From Octopus sinensis (Eukaryota), in the NCBI RefSeq assembly GCF_006345805.1, contig NC_043012.1:14198001-14262000 (forward strand): a stretch of 64,000 nucleotides of DNA, given 5' to 3'. Position 1 is the first letter of the stretch; each line of letters opens with the position of its first letter. The notes below the pieces were generated by a model, which saw only the letters and a list, made by a program, of their open reading frames with translations, had not been told where the DNA came from and searched no databases. The position numbers and the translations under genes were made by a program. Shown one piece after another: positions 25,380 to 37,885 of this stretch.

Positions 25380-25659
25380 CCTTCGTGTTGGGGGTCATCT
25401 TTACCTTGTTGTCTCCCCTACTTCTTACCTCTCACGTGTGACACTTCTGTCCAAAGTCAGTCGCCATGATAGATCGTTAGCCACTACACACAATTTTTCT
25501 CGCCTTGTTTCTTTCCTTGTTTTTTCTGTGCCCCTTTCTGTAGAAGAGCGTAGGCTCAAAACGTAAAAGACTTTTTCTATTCCTGAGCGTTATACTAATA
25601 CATCTGTTTGTTTTGTACACCACCTGTCTTCGTCTTTTGTTTTTTTCGTAAACTCTCCC

Positions 25660-25660
<1 letters not shown>
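25380..25660 (+). mobile_element. PLE pLTR family P1 copy
   Basis: ccatgatagatcgttagccactac...ctgtagaagagcgtaggctcaaaacgtaaaagac...aaactctccc(TA)n. Confidence 0.75.
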
Positions 25661-25693
<33 letters not shown>

Positions 25694-26077
25694 ATACACA
25701 CACATTCATGCACGCACGCACACACACACACACACACGTACACATAGGGGCGTTCCTCTCGCTCGTTTTCCATTGGTCATGCTAACTCAAGCGGGCCGAA
25801 ACTCTGAAAGCACTGACAACTTTTCCTTGTAAAATCAGTATGTATATATTTCATTCTAACTGATGATGCTGCCTAGATAGGTTAAACTTTCTGTTGTCTT
25901 CATTTGAATGTGGATCAGATCACAGTGTCTGAGCATGCGCCATGGTTAGTTAGAATAATTTTTGTGTCACTTTAGACAATAGCGAATTCCTGGCAGGTTA
26001 AAGAAATGCATTGCAAATGCACAGTTAGAGAAAACAGGTAACGTACGCGAACGCGAATGCATTATATATATATAATA

Positions 26078-26173
<96 letters not shown>

Positions 26174-26174
26174 A

Positions 26175-26756
26175 TACTAGCGGTATAGCCCGGCGTTGCT
26201 CGGGTTGTTTTTCACTTGCGCTTAAAACGGCAGACTTTGATGTCGCGTTAACAAAGTTTTGACATAGTTTCAATCTATGAATAAAAATATAGTGTGGCGA
26301 TGCTCGAGTTTGCTCTGAATGTGCTGCAAATGTGTAACGCCGCTGATTCGTCGTTCGCTCAAAACCAAGGACATCACAAAAAAATTCTTTTCGACACTTT
26401 AGAATAGAAATTTTTGAAAAGTAAGGATTTTGCATTATGTAGCTTGTTATTCTCTTTAAGTGAACATTTTTTAAGGTTGAACTACACTGAAAAATGGTGA
26501 CACAGCAGTCAAAAAAATCGTAAAAAATAGGGATTTTCATAGAAAAAAAGCACGTTTTTGATATGAATAATTTTTGGTCTTAACATTGTCCGCTTTGAAT
26601 TCTGTCTCCTACGGTTGGAAGAGCAAACCTTCTATCATACTCTCAATTTTGCTCAACTTGCCCCGCAGGCTCTCGGAGAAGATAGTGTTAGTTGAAGGCT
26701 ACCAAACCTTCCACACACACACACACACAGACAACTTCAGCTTTATATATATAGAT
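26175..26756 (+). mobile_element. Helentron/HINE-like non-autonomous element
   Basis: 5' tactag..gcccggcgttgctcggg hairpin motif and a 3' ...cagctttatatatatagat end. Confidence 0.55.
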
Positions 26757-27436
26757 ATAATATGGGTGGCTAAAGGCAGAACTGTATACGTCACTAAAGT
26801 GAAGAAGGGCATAAATAAGCACCAGTGTTGCCTGAAATAAGAGCGAAGAAAATTCAATAGCCACAAAAGTACTATTTTGATGAAATGACAAGGGAGACAA
26901 TCTCCCTGCGGTCACAGATAGAGCCAGCTCACTGACGATTTCGCATGTTGATGCTTAACGTATCTTAACGCACATCAGTTGCTCTCATTGCGCCTAGGGT
27001 TAAACTCCTCTCGCCTTGTCAGCTCATAAGATTTCCGTTGTAATCATATGGTGCTTTCATAAACGGTAAAAGTGATAATTAGAAATAATGTGGGCAGCTA
27101 ATTCGCAATTTTACAACATAAAGGCAGAATAAATAAGTCACTAAAAGGGCACTAATTAGGACCAGTGAAGAAGGACACTAATCAGCAACACTATTGCTAG
27201 AAATAAGAGTCAAAACAACTCAATACCCGCAAAAGAACTATGTTGATGAGATGACAAGGGAGGCAAGCTCCCTACAGTCGCAGATTGAGCCAGATCACCG
27301 ATGATTTCGCATTTTTATGCTTAACCCATCTTAACAATCTTCAGGGGCTCCCATCGCGCCATCGGTGGTCTGGCTCAGTTTGTGATCTTAGAGAACTTGC
27401 ATCTCTAGTAACCTCATTAAGATAGCGCTTTTGTGT

Positions 27437-27669
27437 AAGGCGGCGAGCTTGCAGAAACGTTAGCACGTCGGGCGAAATGCTTAGCGGTATTTCGTCTGCC
27501 GTTACGTTCTAAGTTCAAATTCTGCCGAGGTCGACTTCGCCTTTCATCCTTTCGGGGTCGATTAAATAAGTGCCAGTTACGCACTGGGCTCGATATAATC
27601 GACTTAATCCGTTTGTCTGTCCTGGTTTCTCCCTTCTGTGTGTAGCCCCTTGTGGGCAGTAAAGAATTA
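27437..27669 (+). mobile_element. SINE family B with about 20-bp TSD
   Basis: Flanked by attaagatagcgcttttgtg / attaagatagtgctttt-gtg. Confidence 0.9.
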
Positions 27670-27749
27670 AGATAGTGCTTTTGTGAGTATAGAGTTATTT
27701 TGACTCTTATTTCAAGCAAAACTGGTGCTAATTTGTGCCATTTAGTGCC

Positions 27750-27791
<42 letters not shown>

Positions 27792-27850
27792 GTATATGTG
27801 TAATATATGCACTTATGCATCGTATATATGTATATATAAGTACATCTACA

Positions 27851-27894
<44 letters not shown>

Positions 27895-28834
27895 GATATA
27901 TATATATAAACACTTTTGGTGAGTACTATTAAAAGCAAATATTACAATACGTGTATGTATATATGTGTGAGTTTACGCGTGTTTGAAGATATAAAAAGTA
28001 TCTTTTTAATATATATGGTCCGTTAAACTGTGTTGGTTTTTAAGAAGAAACAAAGGGAAATTCTCTAAAGACCTAAATGGACTCCTATCTTTGAAAGTTT
28101 TAGAAGTAGCATATGCATATTATTAAAAAGAAATTTGATTTCTATACCGGAAAGCGCAAACTTCTGTAAACCATTTAGTAAACGTCTTTTATGTCTCATG
28201 TGTTGGCAATTATGAATATTATTTAATATACAAAATGTCCCTCAAAATGTCTCGCTTGCTGACACAAATGTTTTGATGTAGGCAGTTTTATGAAAATGCG
28301 ATAAGGTTTTTTTTTGTTTGTTTGTGTTTTTGAATAACCACTTGCCTTATTTTTTGTTTCAATGAATATTAGTTGTGTTAATTTTTTCCCAAGGGTCTTC
28401 TAAACTTAAGTGAAATGAAATCTATTTTAAATTGTATTGTAAAAATTGTTCGTAATCTTTTACTCCCTGTAACTTGCAAGTTATAATGTGAGGATGTATA
28501 TTTTCAGTATTCAGTTTGTAGTGTAACAGAATTTATTCCTCGTATTTGCACGTTTTTCTTAAACACACCCTCTCACACACGCGCGCGCGTATATACACGC
28601 ACTCATAGACAAACACACATATATAGATATATTTATATTTATTTTTTGCCCCAATTCCACCGTTAATGGTTGACTTATCTTTATAATTGTGCACCACCCT
28701 AAAATGTATATATACACACACGCATACATACACATGAGCGCGTACAAACATACACATATACATATATGTATATGTGTACATATGTACACATATATTTATA
28801 TATATATGCACACACACACACACTCCCCACCCAT

Positions 28835-28914
<80 letters not shown>

Positions 28915-29069
28915 GGTGTAATTTCTAGAGCAAACAGTAAACAGTTGTCTACAAATATCGAGGTCTCATTCTTTTGTTGTTATACATATTATATATATAT
29001 AATTTTTCCGTGGTTTTTCGTACGAAAAATTATTTACCCTTTTTATTATATATATATATATATATATAT

Positions 29070-29126
<57 letters not shown>

Positions 29127-29405
29127 ATGTATGTATGCATGTATGTATATGTATACATATATACTATACATATATATTTACAACAGGCTTGTTTCACTCT
29201 CCGTCACCCAAATCCACTCACAAGACTTCCATGTTCTCGTCTATTCTTTTTAAACACCCCACCATCTCCTCCTCATGACGACACAAACTCCGAAGAAGGG
29301 CAGTTTGAAAATTCATGCCTTTACAGCTCTTCACCCGACGCCCCTCCATTAAACAAGAAGAAAAACTTTGCTCCGCCAAGACAACCCCAAAAAAACACAT
29401 GTATA

Positions 29406-29472
<67 letters not shown>

Positions 29473-30364
29473 CTACATACATACCTAAGACGAAAATCTG
29501 TACAGTTTTCTTTTAAAGAATTCAAATAAAAATGTAATGGTCATTTGAGACTAAACTAGGGAGCACTGTCCAATGTGAAACTCTATGTGATCGAATACGA
29601 AACCATGTGACCGCGTAATTCATTTCTTATCCATAAAGCTATCTTTGCACTATTAGGTGTGTACAGGTGCCGGAATGACCGCATAAGTTAAATGTTCGCT
29701 TCTTAACTACGTCTTTTGCTCGATAACGCTGTGTGGTATTTTTGACAAGTGTCTATTGCTATAGATTGAAGTTGGCCTCGTGGGAAATTAGAAAGCCGTG
29801 TAGAAACCAGCCGCGTAGAATACACCTGAATTTTTCTCTCCAGTACTAATTCATACTGTGACATCCTGATTCTGTATTTGGAATACTCAACCTCTCATAC
29901 TATAATTCCATTATACTATATTCCGTGAATTTCTAAGGTCGAAATTTGTGAGTGTTTGCGTTTTGTACATGTTTGAATATGTATGTGTGTGTGCGAGCGT
30001 GTATGTGTGTGTGTGTGCGAGTATGTACGTGTGTGTGTGTGTGGGTTTCTGAGGCTATGGAATATACGATGTGTATGCTTATATTGAATTATGTTAGTAT
30101 ATTGTATATTCGTGGTAAGATAACAGTTTACGTTACTGCAGTATGTTGTTGAAGAGCGATGTGAAATCTTGTAAATGTCGATTGAGGCCTAGTGTTTTAT
30201 TTTTCAAATCCACGATTCATTATAGCATGCTAATATTCTATACTAACGCCTGGACATGAATTTCATTTGTTTATATGGTTTCATAGAAAAATAAGTAGGT
30301 ATTACAATATACGACGGTGTCATATATAGTTGCTACTGTTCCACACTTCAATATTCTTTTCTTC

Positions 30365-30850
30365 TCTAGGTACAAGGCCAGAAATCTTTGGCGAGGGGGC
30401 CAGTCGATTAGATCAACCCTAGTTCACAACTGGTACTTAATCTGTCGACCCCGAAAAGATGAAAGACAAAGCTGACATCAGCGGAATTTGAACTCAAAAC
30501 ATAAAGACAGACGAAATTGCAGTTAAGCATTTCGCTTGGCGTGCTAAAGTTTCTGCCAGCTCCCCTTTCAATATTAAGAAAACACGTGAGTGATCAAATC
30601 AATGACTGCCTGTATTTAGCTAACTTCTATCGACAATATTTCTTTCTCAATTTTGACAGATAATTTGTCAATATAAGGAATTACTAAGGCGGTGAGCTGG
30701 CAGAAACGTTAGCACGCAGGGCAAAATTATTAGCGTAGTTCTGAGTTCAAATTCCGCCGAGTACCAGTTGCGTACTGGGATCGATCTAATCGACTGGCTC
30801 CCTCCGCAAATGTTTCGGGCCTTGTGCCTAGAGTAGAAAAGTAGAAAAGA
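30365..30850. mobile_element. Two SINE family B copies, head-to-head (30365-30565 minus; 30690-30850 plus)
   Basis: Family B cores in opposite orientation. Confidence 0.75.
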
Positions 30851-31164
30851 ATATCAGGTATTACTACTTCGACAATACTTTGAGTAATGGAGTTCAGAGA
30901 GAATGTCATTCAACTGAATAAAAGCCTTAGAGTATTTTTGTTTGTCTCTTGAAAATCTGAGTTCAGCTCACAAGTACCTCCGCCCCCTGATGTCATCATT
31001 TTGATTCACAATTGTTTTGCCTGATCTGGACTCAATTTTCTATTGCACACTTTCACGTTACTAACACTCTTTTAAAATGATCAAAATGCAGAAGCATCCC
31101 CTTCCCCCACAAGAAATTACGACTTTTGGTAAAGGTAAAATCTCTTTGTAGTTGTTTCATAGTC

Positions 31165-31470
31165 ACCGTGATCACCGTGACCGACCAGGCTATCAGATGT
31201 TGCTACACATCGCTGGTCACAATGCGCTTCGCATTGTTTTAGCCTTCAAATGACGCCACCCCGCTGTCTAAGCGAGCAGACCAACAGAAGAGTGAGAGAA
31301 AGTTGTGGCGAAAGATTACAGCAGGGATCGCCACCACCCCCTGCCGAAACCTCATGGAGCTTTCAGTTGTTTTCGCTCAATAAACACTCACAACGCCCGA
31401 TCTGGGAATCGGAACCGCGATCCTACGACCGCGGGTCCGCTGCCCTAACCACTAGGCCATTGCGCCTCCG
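31165..31470 (-). mobile_element. SINE family C with tRNA-Arg-like head
   Basis: The reverse complement starts ggaggcgcaatggcctagtggttagggcagcggacccgcggtcgtaggatcgcggttccgattccc (A and B boxes). It may correspond to the described octopus tRNA-Arg SINEs (not verified). Confidence 0.75.
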
Positions 31471-32235
31471 TTTTAAATCGATTTCCGGCAATTTTATTTC
31501 ACTTCACTCTCAAGTTTTTAGTCATTTGTGAATTATTCCCACTTTCAAACGCACTTTTTGATTTGAGTCTCCGAACGTGTATACTACTAAGTTCTTATAT
31601 AACACATGTATCGCTGTTTACAGCATCCGCGGTAGGATGCAGCGTTGCTATAAATACCAATCAAAGTCGGTAAGCTGGAAGAATCATTATCACGCAGAGC
31701 AAAATGCTTAGCGGCATTTCATCCGTCATCACGTTCCACCGAGGCCGATTTGCCTTTCACCCTTTCAGGATAGACAAAATACATACCAGTTGAATACTGG
31801 GGTTGATATGGTTGACATACCCCCACTCTAGAATGCTGGCCTCTGCCAAAATTTGAAACCAATATTAAAAACTATTAAGGTGATGACCCGGAATCGATCA
31901 GTCGGGGAAAATGCTTAGCGAATTTCTTCTGGCTTACGTTCTGTATTCAAATATCATCCAGGAGTCGATAAATTAAGTACAAGTTGAAAACATGGGTTGA
32001 GGTAATCGACTGTTCCCCAGCTCGCCAAATTCTGGGCCTTATGCGTTCAATGTTCCCGGCAAGCATTAAGACTGTGAACTGCTTCAAATCATTATATGTA
32101 ATGGTGGAGACAAGGTGAAGTGTTTTCACACAGCAACACACGTTTACAAAAATTATGTCGAATGTATTGTGCTTCTACAGTTTGCAACAGTAAATAGGAA
32201 CTTTATGTGGCACTGTAGAAATATTTATCGGAACA

Positions 32236-32528
32236 CAGTTCTATATTTAAGAGATGAGGAATTATGAACATTATTTACATTATTTACAATTGAGGGATAT
32301 TTGTCCTCATCTTGTTTGTCGTTAACAACGTTTCGGCTGATATACCCTCCAGCCTTCATTAGGTGTCTTGGGGAAAATTTCGAACCTGGGTTCTCAATCC
32401 TAAGGTACTTTTGGATGTTGTTGTTGTTGTTATTATTATTATTATTATTATTCAGGTTACTGCCTGGAATCGAACTCGGATTCTTGGAGTCTGTAGTCCG
32501 CGCTCTTAATCACTACGCCATATACCCG
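32236..32528 (-). mobile_element. tRNA-headed, hammerhead-bearing SINE-like element (family H), copy 1
   Basis: Reverse complement: tggcgtagtgattaagagcgcgg...gagttcgattccagg head, (AAT)n, then gacac-CTAATGA-A-GGCTG-gagggtatat-CAGCC-GAAAC-GTT. Confidence 0.75.
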
Positions 32529-33303
32529 TGAGCCAAATATCCGTCAATTGTAAATAATGTAAATGATTTATCGGAACATTTAAGAATGAAACATTTAAAA
32601 CCAGAAACACATTACAGACGCTAACAAGATACAAGACGTTGCACATATAAATGGTAGGATGAAACGATATCAATTTGTTAACTGCGGCTTGCATTTGAGA
32701 TTAATAACTATAGGAAATTATGTCTGTGCGTTAACTGCTCATGTTCGATGCTAAAATTAATTTTAACTGAAGAAAACAAATGAGTTGCTTGCACTTCGAT
32801 GCAAAACGCCGTGAAGGCTTTGATGGCTAGCAGAGTACACACCGAGATTTCACACATATAAATGGGAAATTGATATAAATCATTATTTTCATTAACGATC
32901 TACTTTCTATCTCAGTAGTTAACTTGACACAATATATTTATATTCATTCTTTGCAGAGTGCAAAGCGAATGAATGCCTTCTCGCTGTTCTCAGTGCTACG
33001 AAATTTATTCTCTGGATCAAGAAGAGAAGATTGTTAGTTATGAGTATTAGAGTAGAACACTGGCTGAAAATGTAGATTTCTTTATTGGTTATTCTCGGAC
33101 TAGTAGTCATTAATATATTAACGTTGAGAAATGATAAGCAAATACGATTCTCATTATACGATCGCCTGTGGGTTATTTATAACTAAACTGACGCTAAAAG
33201 TGACAATTTTGGAATATCTTTCTCTGAACAGGTTAATAAATGATATGATCATTGTTGGAACAAGTAAACATCTCATTCCTGAATAAATTTTTCATTTTCA
33301 TAG

Positions 33304-33494
33304 ACAAAAAGATACTGTGTTTCTGTTCAAACATCTCGTATTGTGCACAATCAGGCTCATAAATATTTCGAACCAATAATGGACGCTCACTTGATAAGCA
33401 AACATTTACCAACCAATTCTCTAGAAGGGAAATGCTACGATTACTTCTTGTTCTTTGTGGGTCTCTTCTCTCATAACCTCAGTATCCATTACAA
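33304..33494 (+). CDS. Candidate internal exon (TKRYCVSVQ...NLSIHY), phase 0 to 2
   Basis: Acceptor tttttcattttcatag|, donor AA|gtaatg, 63 open codons. No homology recognised. Confidence 0.25.
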
Positions 33495-34097
33495 GTAATG
33501 AGCCTGGCAGCTTCCAAATAACTGGTGGCTATGAATTATTTTGTAAATGTGGAGATAACTTGAAAAGACCGAAGCCAAAGTAACACAATATTGGATAGCG
33601 ATAATTTACGACGAACGTCAGTTTACCAAGCGACTACAAATCATGGCCTGACCTAATGCTGTGCTATGCCGTCCTAAATATTGCAAACACCACGACACTT
33701 TTATTAACAACTAGCATAAAAGTCACACTCTGTGCGGACTTTTCGGCCAGGTCCTGCAAAGAGCTAATTGGTCCTGCGGCTCAAAACTAAAGAGAGTTAA
33801 ATAGCATGGCAACAATACGTGTGTGATGACTATATGCCCCGGTGGTGTTTGATCAGATGATAAGGACGGATGAGAATTAACTCTGTAATGCAATCATCAT
33901 ATTGTTCCAGTCCCAAGTTGAATTACAACTATTGGCCAATTTGTCCAAAAGTTCTTATCTCAACGTATAATTAACGAAGCGAACGTCATTTATCTCTCCC
34001 TTGGTCTGCGATGACATCTGAAAACCGCCAAACAAGACGGCTTGAATCAGCCAAGCTTTACCTTTAAGAAATAGCAACCAAAGTGCTTTTAAATCAG

Positions 34098-34545
34098 ATT
34101 CTAATGCTGGGGGTTCAAAAATCAAAAGACGGGCATATTTTCAATCCCGGGATCATCCTGATTCTAAAGAGGTATAATACGTCCCTATGCGGAACAAATG
34201 TAGACTGAGATACAGGGGTCCGGACAGACAGAATTTCGTGTTTATTATTATAGATGATGCTGTGTGCCTTTCAAAGCTTTGGCCTTCCATTTCCAAGGTT
34301 ATGATGAACGGTATGTGTCTTTTAGAAGTCCTGCTCCTTAAACGTCCCAAATTTACACGACTCCAACTAAATGTATTCCATATATTCCTGCATGTGTTTC
34401 TCTTCCACATCCTTTCTATAGTGTCTCTACCATAATAATGCCTCTAAATCCAGTGAAGAACGTTGCTAAGGAATATGACTTTACAAAAATAATACCAGAC
34501 CGTCAATACAGACATTACGAAAAATATCAGTTTAGTGAAACCTAA
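34098..34545 (+). other. Cluster of three candidate exons (34098-34171, 34254-34310, 34422-34545) separated by 82- and 111-nt GT-AG introns
   Basis: Donors gtataa and gtatgt, acceptors tttattattatag and cctttctatag. The reading frame is ambiguous (see findings). Confidence 0.35.
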
Positions 34546-35104
34546 AAGCGGCAATTAGGCATCAATTAACAACCACTGGGTATAGTAATGAAATCAGGAA
34601 GTAAAATCAAAATTAAGCAAAATTGATTAAGAATATTGTGACACGACCTTATTCCTTGGATCGTAACTGTTACTTCCTATTTGCTTACTCCTAGAAAGTA
34701 TTTAAAAAATGGTTAATATTTCCTCCAGACTTTGCTTTTGTTACATTCATTCAAACGCCAAAGAATCCCCCTCGACACATGGCTATGATACTCCCTCACT
34801 ACTTCTGCTTATGCTCAGAGCTGCACATAGTGTCAACTACTAAGGGTCATGCTCAAGTGGTTAAGATCAAGCAACAGACGAGCAAGTCTTTGATATTGAA
34901 CAGCATATTTGCTATAACGATAATTCTGCTTCAGTAACTCAGTGCTGAATCTGTCTGAAATGTAATGGAAAATAGGTCAGTTTCAAAACATTGATGTCCA
35001 GGTCACAAAAGTAAAACGAAAAGGAAGTAATTATCATTTCTTTTCATTTCTAGATAGAAGCAAATAGGAAATAACACTTACCGACAAAAGAAAAAAATAT
35101 TGTG

Positions 35105-35600
35105 TTATCTCTCTATATATAAACGGCAAAATGTCTGTGTTTGTATCCTTTATACAAATCCACAATTTTTCAGTTAGAGGGCTTGCACTTTCTATGGTCA
35201 TTCAAAACTGCCCAAGGGTGGTCGTGCACATCTTTACATTTCCCCAGTCACCCCGCAAAGCCATAAAAAAATCAATAGAAGTGATTTTTTGTGAATTTTC
35301 TATCCAAAACCCAATCAAAATGCCCGAAACTTGATATGCCAATTGAATGCCAGCTAGCTGTATGGGATTGGTCGGAGATTTGGACAGTACTCGCGTGTAT
35401 GTGTGCACACACGCAACTGTATATGCATGCACTAGCAGTATGACCCGGCGTTGGCGGGTCATAGTGCTAGCACAGTATAATAAGCAACTGCATAAAACCA
35501 ATGTAATCGACATTAACCTTAGAAAATCGTATTTAGAATCTCTCCACCCAAAATGATACCCACACAGTAGAATGGCTCCACCAATTGTATACATAATAAG
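35105..35600. mobile_element. Helentron/HINE-like remnants
   Basis: atctctctatatataaacggc start and an actagcagtatgacccggcgttggcggg motif similar to 26175. Confidence 0.45.
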
Positions 35601-36274
35601 TTTGGAAAAGTGAAAAAGTAGTCGGCAGAAAATTGAGTGATTTGAAAAATAGCAGCTTAAATAAGCAATGTATTCTACACCATTTCTTTCTTCCGCTTTT
35701 CTTTACAGTCTATAATATTTCAATGATTGTGTATGTGAGTGTGAGAACGTATGTGTGTGAGAGTGTATGTGTGCATGATAGACAAAATTCATTGCTGAAA
35801 CGATAAAACTTCAGGCAATGAAAAGTAATTAGAGGAAAGAAAGTGATAATGGTCTAGTATAAGCGAGCAAGATCAAAATTGCTCGAGGTGGGATAATAAT
35901 ATGGTTATCCGGAAGAAAGAGCAAAATAACAACTGGTTTTATATTATAATTTGTTTTTACGTTTTGTTTACGCGATTTAATTCCTGATATTTTTCTATGG
36001 AGTTACGTATATATAAAACACTGAGAACTAAACAAAAAAATGTTACATGATTTCTATCATTAAAATGAGTTCATAAATGTAGCGAAAGTGAGAAATCGAT
36101 CCATGCATTCACGCAATAAATAACTAGAGAACGATGGGCATGTGTTTGTATGTGTGTGTTTATGCGTGTGTGTATATGTATGCATGTATGATATATATGG
36201 GTGTGTGTTTATCTGTATTTATGAATTTATGTCTGTATATGTCTATGTATATGTATATATGTGTATACATACTT

Positions 36275-36328
<54 letters not shown>

Positions 36329-37764
36329 ATATAGATATATATATATAGAATATATATATGTGCATATATATATATCTAACGTGTATGTATGTATATACGT
36401 ATATTGTAGATACAATATACATATAATAGAACACAAGAAGTACTCGGAGGCCTGATTAATATCATAGTAAAATAACGTTTCTATAAAGACAGTGCTTTAA
36501 TGCTTCTAACTTTAGGCCTTCATCAGAAGAAAAGAAAGAAAGAAAGAAAGAAAGACAGAGAGAAAGAAAGAAAGAAAGAAAGACAGAAAGAAAGAAGAAA
36601 GAAAGAAAGAAAGAAAGACAGAAAGAAAGAAAGACAGACAGACAGACAGAAAGCGTGGCTGTGATGCTTACAGAATGAATTTGTTGATGTGTGTCTCTAA
36701 GTGTATGATTATTACGTAAGTTTATGTGAAAAAGTGCAGTGCGGGAGGTGGTAGAGAGTGAATGCGTGAATATAAAGCAGTTGAGAAAGCACATGGGATG
36801 ACAAGAGCAAGATGGACGGTGTTATTGGTGTGCGTACAGCTTGAGCGAAAGCAAATAGGGGTGGGTAAACGGTTTGCGATTACGAAAAAATGAGGTAGGA
36901 TTTGTACAAAAATTCAAAACGCACAGAAAATAAATGAAATTTCTTATGAGAGAAAACTATAAAGAATTTGATAAAAACTTCACATAATTGGTAAAAGGTT
37001 GAGAGAAATTTGTAAAATATTCGAATGATGGCAAAAATGTACCTGATAATGCAATCCAAAAAGATGAAACAACTTACACGAAGAACTGCAGAAAACAGTT
37101 ACACACATAACACACAGTGGAATGGGCCTGGTGAGGTCGAAATTTGAAAATAAAAATGGGTGTTATGGTGTGAGAGGGACAGAGTCACCGAAACGAAAAA
37201 AAATACAAATGGGGGGGGGGGCAACAACAGCGGAAAAAAACAAGGGTGCCACATATTCTGTATTCTGAATTCCAGAAAATTATTGCAGTTTAGTCAGCAA
37301 CGGCAGCACGTTCAAGAACAATAATACAAATGATTGCCATGCGTTCATTTAAAGAGTTGTGGCTGATTATATTGAAACCAGTAAAATCCTATTATAGCAC
37401 TGAGACAGAGTATCAGATTCGACATTGGTAGACTTCGGAATCAAGATATAAAGAGCTTTGCAGAATAGAGCACTTTCGTTTCTGAGTAACAACAGAAGCA
37501 TTCAGGCTAATAAGAACGATCTACCTTAACATCATAACCTGCTCCCTTGGGCAAAAGAAGGTATATTTTGTCCCATGTATACTTCTATAGACAGAACTGT
37601 CATAGCTGGAATGTCGATGATCATACGAACATGTTTATGCATGTGTGTGTATATATATATATATATATAAACTTATCTGAGAATGGAAGCGTGGCGTTCA
37701 ATTAATATATAATATAAATAATACACACACACATACATATATATATATATATGTACATATATAC

Positions 37765-37801
<37 letters not shown>

Positions 37802-37885
37802 AATAATAAATATTAGGGAATATATCCAAATTTACAGGGAAAAAAAATCAGATTTAGGATTAAATCCAATTTTATAGTAAAATAT

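Noticed and set aside
31395-31470. tRNA gene (also SINE heads at 9361, 32455 and 61437)
   Set aside because: The tRNA-like A and B boxes run into SINE bodies and lack a complete acceptor stem.
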